NCBI RefSeq assembly: GCF_006345805.1
Contig: NC_043016.1
Location: 11,346,001-11,410,000, forward strand
DNA: 64,000 bases
Origin: Octopus sinensis
Lineage: Eukaryota
Direction of reading: 5' to 3'
Part shown: positions 53,205 through 64,000 of the stretch, one piece after another
Position numbering within the stretch: the first letter of the stretch is position 1
Layout of the letters: each line of letters begins with the position of its first letter
Program-made: the position numbers and the translations under genes
Notes under the pieces: model-generated
Databases searched by the model: none
What the model was told of the DNA's origin: nothing
What the model saw: only the letters and a program-made list of their open reading frames with translations

Positions 53205-54200
53205 TGTCATGTACATTGTTTTGTCTTGGTATAAAAGATGGGCTGCAGCAAATATTCTGCTCAATACCACAGATTTGCTTGTCAGTTGTTTGACCTTAAC
53301 CAGTTAAACATGTCCCTTAGTGGCTGACGATATGTGCATCTCTGATCACGAGCAGAAGTAGTAGGGGAGCATCATAGCCATGTGTTGAGAAGGATTCTTT
53401 GGATTTTGGATAATTCACCTTTGGAAACATGGGTGTTTCCTTCAACATACTTAAACCTTATTCACGGACCTTTTGAGCAGAATGGGCTACTCGACCTGAA
53501 GAAAATCCTAAAGGAGCTCTACCTTCAAGATCATGCAGACATATGGTTGTGATGCATGTGCCTGGTGTACCCTTATCAGATGGGTAGCCATGATGGGTAT
53601 ATTGAGATCCATATATTTGTACCCTAATGTCACTTTGACGACATGCACTGCTCTCTCACTCAATAACAATTATCTTTTCGACTATAGGCACAAGGGGTAG
53701 TGGGGCTAGTTGATTACATCAACCTCAGTGTTTCACTGGTACTTACTTTCTTGACCACCACCACCACCACCACCACCAAAAGGATGAAAGGCAAAGTTGA
53801 CCTTGGTAGAATTTGAACTCAGAACAAAGCTGGAAAAATTGTCACTTAGCACTTTGTCTGGTATGTTAATGATTCTGTGAGCTCACCACAGGCAGAGTAA
53901 TAGTAGTAGTAGTAGTAGTAGTAGTAACTATTATTATTCAGTAGTCATATTTTTATCACATGCTTTCACTGCCTTGTGCCTTTAATAGAAAAGATTATTA
54001 TTGAGTGAGAGAGCAGAGCATGCCATCAAAGTGACACTGGGGTAAAATATACGCAGCCCAATATACCCATCATGACTACCCGTCTGATAAGGGTACACCA
54101 GGCACATGCATCACAACCATATGTGCGCGACATGGTGATCTCATATCAAGATAAACAGCGCATGACCTTGCAGGTGGGGCCCAGTTAGAATTTTCTTCTG
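53205..54200. mobile_element. Two tail-to-tail copies of a retroposon 3' end (+ 53205-53670; - 53995-54200) flanking a family B SINE
   Basis: 53535-53668 is the reverse complement of 53998-54130; both end ctctctcactcaataa. Confidence 0.75.
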
Positions 54201-54216
54201 TCTATAAGTGCAGAGT

Positions 54217-54500
54217 GGAGACACAATGGCCCAGTGACTAGGGCAGTGGACTTGCAGTCGGAGGATCGCGGTTTCAATTCTCAGACCGGGCGTTGTGTGT
54301 TTATTGAGCGAAAGCACCTAAAGCTCTACAAGTACTCTTTAGCCCCAACTTTCTCTCCACTCTCTCTTCCTGTTTCTTGAGTAACGCTGCGATGGACTGA
54401 CATCCTGTCCATCTGGGGGGAACACATATGTCACAGAAACCGGGGAACCGAGCCCATGAGCCTGGCTAGGCTTGAAAAGGGTGCATAAATAAATAAAAAA
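54217..54500 (+). mobile_element. Third tRNA-derived SINE (V-domain-like)
   Basis: tRNA-like head tggcccagtgactagggcagtggacttgcag...ggtttcaattctc, then gctgcgatggactgacatcctgtcca, then an A-rich tail. Confidence 0.5.
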
Positions 54501-54609
54501 TGTCTAGAATTGCATACTTAGAACAGGCTCATTCATTTGAACCATGCTTATTACTTTCATCCACCTTTCAACTATTTTATTCAGAAACAGCATTCATTCT
54601 TCCACTGTC

Positions 54610-55050
54610 ATTTATTTTTTACAAATGAAACTTTAAAAAGTTGATGATTGCTTGGACAAAGACAAAGGTTTCTGTCTTCACTTCTTTCAATTCCATCCAT
54701 CACACAACCATTTGGCAAGGCCACCAGACAGATAAAAACTGCCCGTTTTTCTGAGCCAAAGGAAGACAGTGAGATGATCTTTACAACAGACTTAGCTAAA
54801 AACCAGATCCAACCCACAGGTGACTGCATGTCTTTGATATAATCCCACAAGACAACAATGTTCAGGCAGTAGAAAAGTATTTGCAGAACAGTTACATCGC
54901 TCACATGCATCTTGGACCGTCCTGGCTGATGGCACTTTGGTGTTTACAGAGAGATCTTGGAATGGTGATTTCTCTCTCCACCCCCCCCATGCGCCGGTAG
55001 CACTGCCACGCCAGGGATTTCGGTAAATTTTCCATGAGCCCAGACCTAAA
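54610..55050 (-). pseudogene. L1/Tx1-clade C-terminal (zinc-binding region) relic
   Basis: MENLPKSLAWQCYRR...PRSLCKHQSAISQDGPRC resembles a decayed ...SLAWQ.....LP...L..HG......CPRC motif. Confidence 0.5.
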
Positions 55051-55596
55051 AGTCATTCAGAACAGATCAGTTAATTGATTTTATTTCATCAACGCCAGAG
55101 TTTCCCCCCAAGAACGTAATCACATCTGTCTTGCTAATAATAATACTCCATGGTATTCACGAAAGCGAAAAATAGAACAAGTGTAAGGAGGAATTATTAA
55201 AATGAAATCAATTCTTTATATCATTCTTTAATAATATTCTTCATTGAAATCGATTAGATAAATGCAAAAAAAACAACAAAAAAAACGATTAAAAAATTTA
55301 GGAAAACGATAAGATAAAACTATTTTTATAGATTTATAAGAGTGAAAGATAAAGAGAGTGAACTAATGAAAAACAATTGAATAAGAACGTTTATACGGAT
55401 AATTAATAATGTAAAGTAAAAGAATAGAAATGGTTGTATGCCCAAAGACAATTCTTGCTTGTTATTAGATAAGGGCTTTTAAAGAGAAACTTGGTTGGGT
55501 GGGCGAAGAACACGGACGGAACGATAGATGGATGAATAATAGTAGATGGATTGTAGACAAACGAATTATATATTCATATATATAATAATATAATAT

Positions 55597-55856
55597 ATAC
55601 TAAGTAATTAAGGGTTTAGCAACGATTTGTCTCACCATACACCGAATTTAGAAATAGCAGTCAAAAAGTTTTGGCTATTCTTTCTTTTTGACTGCTATTT
55701 CTAAATTCGGTGTGTGGTGAGGCAAATCGTTGCTAAACCCTTAATTACTTAGTATTACTTAAACCTTCCTTGAATGTGGCTTTTACATGCCAAACTCTAC
55801 TTAGTGAAATTAATGATTATTTCTAAATTAATTAATTTCACCCTTTATTATATTGA

Positions 55857-55926
<70 letters not shown>

Positions 55927-56172
55927 TATTATATATAAACAAAGGGTCAAATTAATTAATTTAGAAGTAATCATTAATTTCACTAAGTAGAATTCGGTAT
56001 GAAAAAGGGACCATTTCACGGTAAACTTGAGTAATACTTATTAATAAGGGTTCAGCGCAAAGATTTGTTTTACCACATACCGAAGTTTAGAAATAGAAGA
56101 TTTTTTGGCTGCTATTTCTAAACTTCGGTATGTGGTAAAGCAAATCTTTGCTGAACCCTTATTAATAAGTAT
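55597..56172. mobile_element. Compound palindrome: two inverted copies of a hairpin-headed element around a (TA)n
   Basis: Hairpin 55597-55755 (72-bp arms), hairpin 56034-56172, and inverted inner arms ~55796-55850 / 55935-55990. Confidence 0.85.
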
Positions 56173-56242
56173 ATATATATATGTGTGTATATATATAGTT
56201 TGTTTTTATGTTCAGTTATAACAAAGATAATTTTACATTAAT

Positions 56243-56407
56243 CTGTGTGGTAAGTAGCTTGCTAACCAACTACATGGTTCCGGGTTCAGTCCCACTGCGT
56301 GGCATCTTGGGCAAGTGTCTTAGCCCCGGGTCGACCAAAGCCTTGTGAGTGGATTTGGTAGACGGAAACTGAAAGAAGCCCGTCGTATATATGTATATAT
56401 ATATGTA

Positions 56408-56461
<54 letters not shown>

Positions 56462-56663
56462 GCGTGTGTGTGTTTGTCCCCCTAGCATTGCTTGACAACC
56501 GATGCTGGTGTGTATACGTCCCGTCACTTAGCGGTTCGGCAAAAGAGACCGATAGAATAAGTACTGGGCTTACAAAAAGAATAAGTCCCGGGGTCGAGTT
56601 GCTCGATTAAAGACGGTGCTCCAGCATGGCCGCAGTCAAATGACTGAAACAAGTAAAAGAGTA
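56243..56663 (+). mobile_element. SINE family A, full-length reference copy
   Basis: tRNA-like head (tgtgtggtaagtagc; gggttcagtccc), central (TA)n/(TG)n, tail ggtgctccagcatggccgcagtcaaatgactgaaacaagtaaaagag. Confidence 0.92.
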
Positions 56664-56784
56664 TTTATTAGTCTTACACAAGAATGTTGTTGACAGTAAC
56701 TCCAAAGTTTCGGCTAGTTAGGCTTAAGTAATCCAATGATGGCTTAAGTAATCGAAACTTCGAAGTCGCTATCAACAACGTTCT

Positions 56785-56818
<34 letters not shown>

Positions 56819-59800
56819 AAGTGGCAGAAAGACAGATTATGTAGTTGTATTTTGTACGTTTGTTATTTGAACTGTCAGAAAAATAAAGATCGGTTGCACG
56901 CGCACGCACGCACACAGCATATATCGACAAGTGTGTGTGTGTGTATTCCTTTTCTGATTGTTTACATACATTTTGTGTGAAAACATGCACGCTTTAGCCC
57001 GTGCGCGGGCGCGTGTGTACGTGGTGTATATGTTTGTGCTGTCTGTTGTATGTGAGTGTATATATTATGACTTGTGAAAACAAGCGTGCACGTTGTATGT
57101 CGAAGTGAATAAAAGAGAAGGAGAGAGAAAGAAAGAAAGAGAGAGAAAGAGAGAGGGAAAGAATGAGGAGAGAAAGAGAGAGACCTCGTTTGTCTAAATG
57201 AACAGCAGTAGGTTTCGAGTCTCAGGGTATGATGTATATTTCAGGATTTCAATAGGGGGATCTTGTCCTTACGGAAGTGCTAATCAACAAAAAGCAGTAG
57301 TTCTCTGAGAATACCTGCGCATTAAGTTCGGGTATTACACTATATAAATATATATACAGACAGATACACATTTTGGAATGTTACCTTAAGCAGATACCGA
57401 TGCCCGATCTTCTGTGACCAGTTTCAATTGAAAATGCTCACCTATTGAGGTAAGAATAAAGAACTAAGTCTTTTTAAAGAATCGCTTATTATATATTTAT
57501 TCATGTTTAATTATATGTTTAAATTGATGTATTTAAATTATGACTTGTTTAAAAATTCCCGTTTTTTTTGTTTACCAATTTGGATATTGAGAAGAAATGA
57601 AGAAACAAAAAAAAAAGGATTAGAAAATATGTCATGTTTTGTGTTGTTAGCATTGTAACGGGGGGAAGATTTTATTTATTTTTTTGAAATTGATTAAATC
57701 ATGCGGAAAATTTTGGTGGAGTGAGACGGGGATGGAATTAATTAATCTACAAACATAATAATATTGCAAAAACGAGAAAGAAAAACAAGGTGGCTTTCTA
57801 AACTGTGGTTTGTTTTGAATGAACGTTGATAATTATTGCCGAGGTTGTTTATTGTTCTAACTATAGGCAATTAGTGTTCTCAGCGTGAAAGTATTTCCCA
57901 TAAAGTCTGCTACAAATTGGAAATGCTCTTGTCTGTCGTAAAGTAAAAATTATTGTATTATACGCGTGGATTAGTTCACATGTATTAATTCATAATGATT
58001 ACAAAAGCCTAGACGGAATGAGACCACAAAAAAATATATATAACCGCGTATAAGATATATTTATATGGCCTACCCGGTTTATTTATTTACACACGAATAT
58101 ACCAGAGAGAGAGAGAGAGAGAGAGCTGTTGTTTTTGTTTTAGCCATTAGGTCAACATTTATTAGACAGACAGATCTGTAAGCGAAGGCATTTCTATAGA
58201 TGTGACTATCCTGTCTTTGACGGTGTTTTTTGGAATAGCTGCCCCCTTAAAGTTCCATAATTCATGGCAAAGTGGGGGTGGACCCGTGCAGGTAGGGTGA
58301 GATCGAAGATTAAAAAAAAAAGGGGGGGAAATCTGAATCGTAATACAGGAATATTTATATTTCTTTTAAAAATTACCATTTTCTTTTACTATGAAGAATG
58401 GGATTTCGAGTGACGGCTATTCCAAAATTCCGCCTTGTCTTGCAGGAGGACGACAGAACCCCTCTATGTGCTTTATTGTAGGGTGTGGTCGGAAAGACAC
58501 CGAGCTGTTATTTCTAGCAAAGTTAGCGACCGCGTAGAGGTTACTTAACTGGTTAGTGAGAAAATAAGCCAAATGACCTGCATAAGTCGAAAAATGCATC
58601 GAATGAGTAACGAACTCGTGCAGCGGATATCATCTACATACATCTATATATATATATACACGCACACACGCAAATACAATACTTATGAAATTTGTATTTT
58701 ATTTAAATCTATTGTGTATACGGTTATGCGAAAATGCAGAGCCATGTGGCTCCTCTCTGTGTGTGCAGTTATGTGGTGCAGTCGCTTTACGTTTCCATGC
58801 AGTAGGCATCCCTGAGTATTTAACCTTTTCCCCCCTCTCGCTTGCTGTATTTGTGTGTGTGTGTGTGTGTGTCAGCGTGTTTACACACTCGAGGAAACGG
58901 GGAAATACTCTCCACTGCGTAGCCACCCGATTGCTCGGAAAAAGCAACCAAATCTCCCTCGAATTATATATATATACACACACGCTCCACCGGATTAAAA
59001 ATCGAAGAGTAATGTAGTCATTGATGACACGCTTGCCGATGGATGGAAAAATCGTTGAACATAGATCTCGATCAGTAACAAAACAATCATATACACATGC
59101 ATATCACCTCCATCTCTTCTTTCTGAAGAAAAACATTAGCACGCACCGTTATGCGTACAAACATTCATCTAGTCATCCATACATCATGTGTGATTATGAA
59201 GATACATATACGTACGTCTACAGACACACACATATTTGTATGTGTGTGTATACACATGTATATGTATCTGCATGTGTACATCCATACCTATGTGTGTGTG
59301 TGTGTATAGATGTTTGTGCGTGGGTATATGTATACGTATGTAGTTTTGTGAATACACTTTATGTATATTTATGTGACAATGTGCATGTATGTGTGTGTAT
59401 ACCACACACACTCATACATACGTACACCATCAGCATTTAACGTCCGTGTTCCATGCTAGCATGGGTTGGACGGTTTCAGAGGAACCGATGAATCCAAGGC
59501 CCGCATCGTGTTTTCATTGTTTGCTGTGTCACAGTTTCTATAGTTGAATTTCCTTCCTTAATGCCAACCACTTTGCAGTGTGTACAACGTGCTTTTCCGT
59601 GGCACCGGTATAAGCGAGGTCACTATGCAGTTCGCAAAGCTACGAACTTTGCAGGGGAAGAGGTGGTCGGAGGCCCTATGCCAGGAGACACAGGGGTCCA
59701 GGTATGAGAGAAGGGATCGGGAGTAAGTCCTTTGTTGTAGAGGAGCTACATGATTACTCACATTTAGAAGAGAGGCTGAGGATGGGTTGGGTGGATCGAC

Positions 59801-60367
59801 AAAAGAGATAAATAATAATGACGAAGTGTCCGGGAACAGAGAAACTAGGAGTGGTTAGGTTGCAGGAGTGTTTTTACGGGGTGAGCATGAGAGAATGGGA
59901 GAAGGGAAGTAGTCACCAACTGTAACTATTGGGTAGAGAGTGGTGGATAAGGAGTGACGATGACCAGTGATGCGTGAATTGGGGAAGGTAAGAGGTATGT
60001 AGAAGAGGGCGGGAGAGATAAGCGGGATAGTAATAGTAATACAGTGGACAGGACGGGAGCGGTGAGAGAGAGACATGTGGTTGAGTAGGCTGCAGAAGTG
60101 GTGGAGAGAGGCAAGTATCGTGCACGATGAGAGATAATTTGGTTTAGCGGAGGTGATGGTAGTGATGGTGGTGGGGGAATGAATCAGTGTTAATGTATGG
60201 GTGGAGAGAACAATATTTAATGGACGGAGAATGGTTAACAAGTGACATAGTTCCGGGTAGCAGGAAAAAGTAAAGTGGTTATCAGTGGAGAGCTGTGGTG
60301 GGAGAGAGAGATGACAGCGGAGGGAGGAGGGATACGCAGAGGAAATTTGGGAAAGGTACGCATTTAT

Positions 60368-60776
60368 GCATACTCTTTACTCTTTTACTTGTTTCAGTCA
60401 TTTGACTGCGGCCATGCTGGAGCACCGCCTTTAATCGAGCAACTCGACCCCGGGACTTATTCTTTTGTAAGCCCAGTACTTATTCTGTCGGTCTCTTTTG
60501 CCGAACCGCTAAGTAACGGGGACATAAACACACCAGCATCGGTTGTCAAGCAATGCTAGGGGGACAAATACAGACACACAAACACACACACGCATATATA
60601 TATTTACATATATACGACAGACTTCTTTCAGTTTCCGTCTACCAAATCCACTCACAAGGCATTGGTCGGCCCGGGGCTATAGCAGAAGACACCCAAGATG
60701 CCACGCAGTGGGACTGAACCCGGAACCGTGTGGTTGGTAAACAAGCTACTTACCACATAGCCACTCCTGCGCCTAT
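60368..60776 (-). mobile_element. SINE family A, full length
   Basis: Matches the family A sequence in reverse. Confidence 0.9.
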
Positions 60777-61721
60777 ATGTACACACACAGAGTGCTTCCA
60801 GAACTCAGAACTCAATTTTTGCCAAGGAGGGAGGGTCTTCTCAAGAACAATGTATAACCAGTGTTACTGGTCTTTTTGTCATTTTCTCTGAGAGATACAC
60901 ATACACACACGTACTGAATGCTTCCAGAATCTCATTTTCATTGAAGATAGGTGTGTCTTGAGAACCGTGTCACCAACCACCCTGGTCCTTTATAATCTCC
61001 TTTATGAGGCTGAAGGTCCTGAAATCAGCCTTCACCGTGCCATCCCTTGTCTCACCCACTTATACAAGCTTCAACTACGTTAACTGATTAGTACTTCTAT
61101 AAAGAAGCTGTCAGCATCAATACACATCATATGTCCTTGCACATGGTATCCAATTCCTTTTATGTCCAGCCCTTCTCTCAGCCCAGTTTACACACATTGC
61201 ACATCCAATGGAGCATGATTGCTTCATTCATTTGTAGTCTTCTCAAGTCAGCTACATTCAATCAAGGTCGATGTCTCTCTCCCATGCAGCATTGCAGTTT
61301 TAATGTAAGCATCATACAATCAGCCCTTCACTTTTAAGGAAAAGCCCTTTGTTGCCAGTAGATATGTTGGCTCCCTGAACTTTCTGCAACCCATTCTTAC
61401 ACTGGCTACTATACTCCCAGACAGTGCTGGATTAACCATGAAGCAAAATAAGCATGTGTTTAGGTGGTGGGACATCACAGAAATAGTAAATGGTTTACAA
61501 CACAAAAGAAATCACTTTAAACTTGCTAAAGTATTATTCAAAGTGGTTTATATGAGTGGAAATATAATTTCATAGTGAGGATCTGATCATAGAATTTGTG
61601 ATTAAAAAAAAGTAAGAGAAAACTTTTCAAATAAAGTCGAAGTATACAAAAATAGACATTATTTTCCTTCTTACAATTTATATTAAGGTTTATCATTGTT
61701 TATGTTTTGAATTACATATAC

Positions 61722-61753
<32 letters not shown>

Positions 61754-61756
61754 TAT

Positions 61757-61950
61757 TATAATAAAGGGTAATTGCAACAAGTTGCTCAAAACCACATACG
61801 GTATGTGGTTTTGAGCAACTTGTTGCAATTAACCCTTTATTATAATTAATATAATCCTTACCAAATATGGTCTTTTCCATACCAATAAAACTACTAGGTG
61901 AAATTTATTAATTTTATTAAATAATTATATTTCACCCTTTTGTATATTAT
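61757..61950. mobile_element. Palindrome-headed element in (TA)n, related to 55597-56172
   Basis: 43-bp-arm palindrome centred on 61800, followed by a tail homologous to the arms at 55760-55850. Confidence 0.8.
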
Positions 61951-61969
61951 ATACATATATATGTATATG

Positions 61970-62021
<52 letters not shown>

Positions 62022-62379
62022 GCACCAAAATCTTTTAAGTGCTTAGGGCCTCTATGGGTCTTAATCCATCCTTAGAATTGCTCCAGTGTACATATCACAA
62101 AGAAAGCTTATGTTCTCTGCAAGTCTGTCTATAGCTTACAATGAGTACAGCATATGGAATTTATTCCTACACACCCTTTGCAGATCAACCAATGTTCTTT
62201 TCCTTGTCGGTATGAGGGTTCTGTTTTCTTTCCTACTTACTAAAACTATCGCCTTTGCTAAGTCAACTGTAAACATCTTAATTCTACGCTGACCTTCCAT
62301 ATCCAGAATTACCTGAGTGTGCATGCATATATATATATATATATATGAGCAAAACGCATCCCCATCCAATGGACGGTGC

Positions 62380-62728
62380 TGAGTTGTCAAACATTTAAAC
62401 CAAATTTTCTCAAAACAACTTGTCCGACCGTCCCATAGGCCTCCCTTTTGAGAAACACTGATTTAACCTAAATTTGAGACACCAGCAAAAGAAGAAATAA
62501 AGATAGACTTTTTTTCTATTCCAAGAAAAACGATTTTACAAATGCACGTTCCCACGGCTTTATCGATCGCATTCTCACCTGGAATCGATTTTTGTAATTT
62601 TTTCAAGACTTATACACGCCCTGATACCGTCGGTATCTACATATCAAATTTGAGCGCAATCGGATGGAGAATGCCCAAGATCTTAAAAGATACACACATA
62701 CAGACAGAAAGGATTTTATATAATAGAT
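62380..62728 (-). mobile_element. Helitron-like 5' fragment (a separate CTAG 3' end at ~63353; another at ~13890)
   Basis: The minus strand starts A|TCtattatataaaa followed by (CTGT)-like repeats, as in the complete copies. Confidence 0.55.
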
Positions 62729-63091
62729 ATATTATATATATATATATATACATATATACAAATAAGAAAATGGAGGATGCATATTGATGTATATTGTTTT
62801 GTTTTATTTGGATGTTCCTATCTATATAGTTAATAAATAATATGAAATGGTAATATCTGTAAATTGATGATTGAAATAAATTTGTTCCTCCATTTTCTTA
62901 TTTGAATTATGAATTTACGGTAAAATATTTTACCTTCGCCCATCTAATACAATAAATGAATTAATTGCATTGCAATTATAAGCATTTATGTATTTGCCTT
63001 TTGGGTACTTCACCACCAGTATATTGGATAACTGATATCCCATAGTGGGTTACCCTCATAACCCCTATCTTACTTTGCACTATATACATAT

Positions 63092-63123
<32 letters not shown>

Positions 63124-63321
63124 ATATATATATATATATAATTTTATTCCATATCAGCTGCATCTAATGAGTGTATGGTTATATAATCGGATTGTTACCT
63201 AACACTTCATTGAATTGCTAGCATGAAAGCGATTGGAAAGATTGGCCAAAATAGATATATGATACTGTACACTTCAGATAATATATGTAGTATGTATGTA
63301 TGTATGTATATATATATATAG

Positions 63322-63352
<31 letters not shown>

Positions 63353-63537
63353 CTAGCAGCTAAGCATAGTTTCACCTGGTTGATGGGAAATTGCACCCGT
63401 TTAAACTTGTAAGGTCGTATCGGAGGAAGTGAGTGACATGGGAGTTATGAGTACCTCTTGCCAGCCGCCGGTCCATTCAAGATTGTTGCCTGCAGAACTC
63501 GGGAGCAGATGAATATTTTGATAATCATCTGCATATA

Positions 63538-64000
63538 GGCGCAGGAGTGGCTGTGTGGTAAGTAGCTTGCTTACCAACCACATGGTTCCGGGTTCAGTCC
63601 CACTGCATGGCACCTTGGACAAGTGTCTTCTGCTATAGCCTCAGGCCAACCAAAGCCTTGTGAGTGGATTTGGTAGATGGAAACTGAAAGAAGCCCATCG
63701 TATCTATATATACCGGAGTAAACACATAAATGTGAAACAAGGTGGAAAAAAGAGTACTCAAATACCAGTGGTAGAGTAATATACTTCATTTAAAAGCAGC
63801 AGAAATTCAACAAAACCTGTTACTCGGAGTTTCACGTTCCCGTTCGTCGGATAGTTTTGTTGAATTTCTGCTGCTTTTAAATAAAGTATATATATATATG
63901 TGTGTGCGTGTATGTTTGTGTGTCTGTGTTTGTCCTAGCATTGCTTGACAACCGATGCTGGTGTGTTTATGTCCCTGTCACCTAGCGGTTCAGCAAAAGT
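63538..64000 (+). mobile_element. SINE family A interrupted at its central (TA)n by a ~175-bp insert (63713-63886)
   Basis: Head 63538-63712; body resumes after (TA)n at ~63890. Confidence 0.88.
63781..63889 (-). ncRNA. Candidate minimal type I hammerhead ribozyme
   Basis: Minus strand: stem I arm - CCGACGA - acg(ggaa)cgt - GAAA - ctc(c)gag U A| - stem I arm. The arms 63788-63816 and 63854-63882 are a perfect 29-bp inverted repeat. Confidence 0.7.

Noticed and set aside
54900-55050. Apparent host exon (acceptor ttttag, then ATG ENLPKSLAWQCYRR)
   Set aside because: Stops after 45 codons, and the peptide resembles the C-terminal zinc-binding region of L1/Tx1 LINEs, of which other relics lie nearby.
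56243-56330. tRNA genes
   Set aside because: All A/B-box-like segments continue into SINE bodies and do not form full cloverleafs.
59800-60360. Purine-rich unique stretch with 60-128 aa antisense ORFs
   Set aside because: Compositionally biased with no recognisable motifs. Likely a decayed repeat or noisy sequence; similar to 22300-22470.

Overview
AT-rich, microsatellite-dense eukaryotic DNA made almost entirely of repeats. The repeat content looks like an Octopus-type cephalopod genome; this is an inference from repeat families I recognise, not from a marker gene. I find no intact host protein-coding gene, rRNA, tRNA gene or CRISPR array. Nearly all listed ORFs are translations of (TA)n/(CA)n/(TACA)n tracts or transposon relics. 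Contents: three tRNA-derived SINE families; RTE, Tx1/L1, Hero-like and Penelope retroelement relics; mariner, maT (DD37D), Tc1-type DD36E and piggyBac relics; MITEs; non-autonomous Helitrons; and (TA)n-inserted palindromic elements. Four observations stand out. (1) A near-canonical type I hammerhead ribozyme fold on the minus strand at 63781-63889, closed by a 29-bp helix and nested in a SINE, with degenerate relatives elsewhere. (2) A large inverted segmental duplication (9046-13656 vs 32347-45422). (3) A decayed 3.8-kb piggyBac whose two ends, joined, reconstruct the abundant ~225-bp MITE of this window. (4) A 19-copy 85-bp satellite with higher-order structure that grew inside a retroposon tail, itself inserted in one of those MITEs. 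Boundaries were read by eye and most are approximate.
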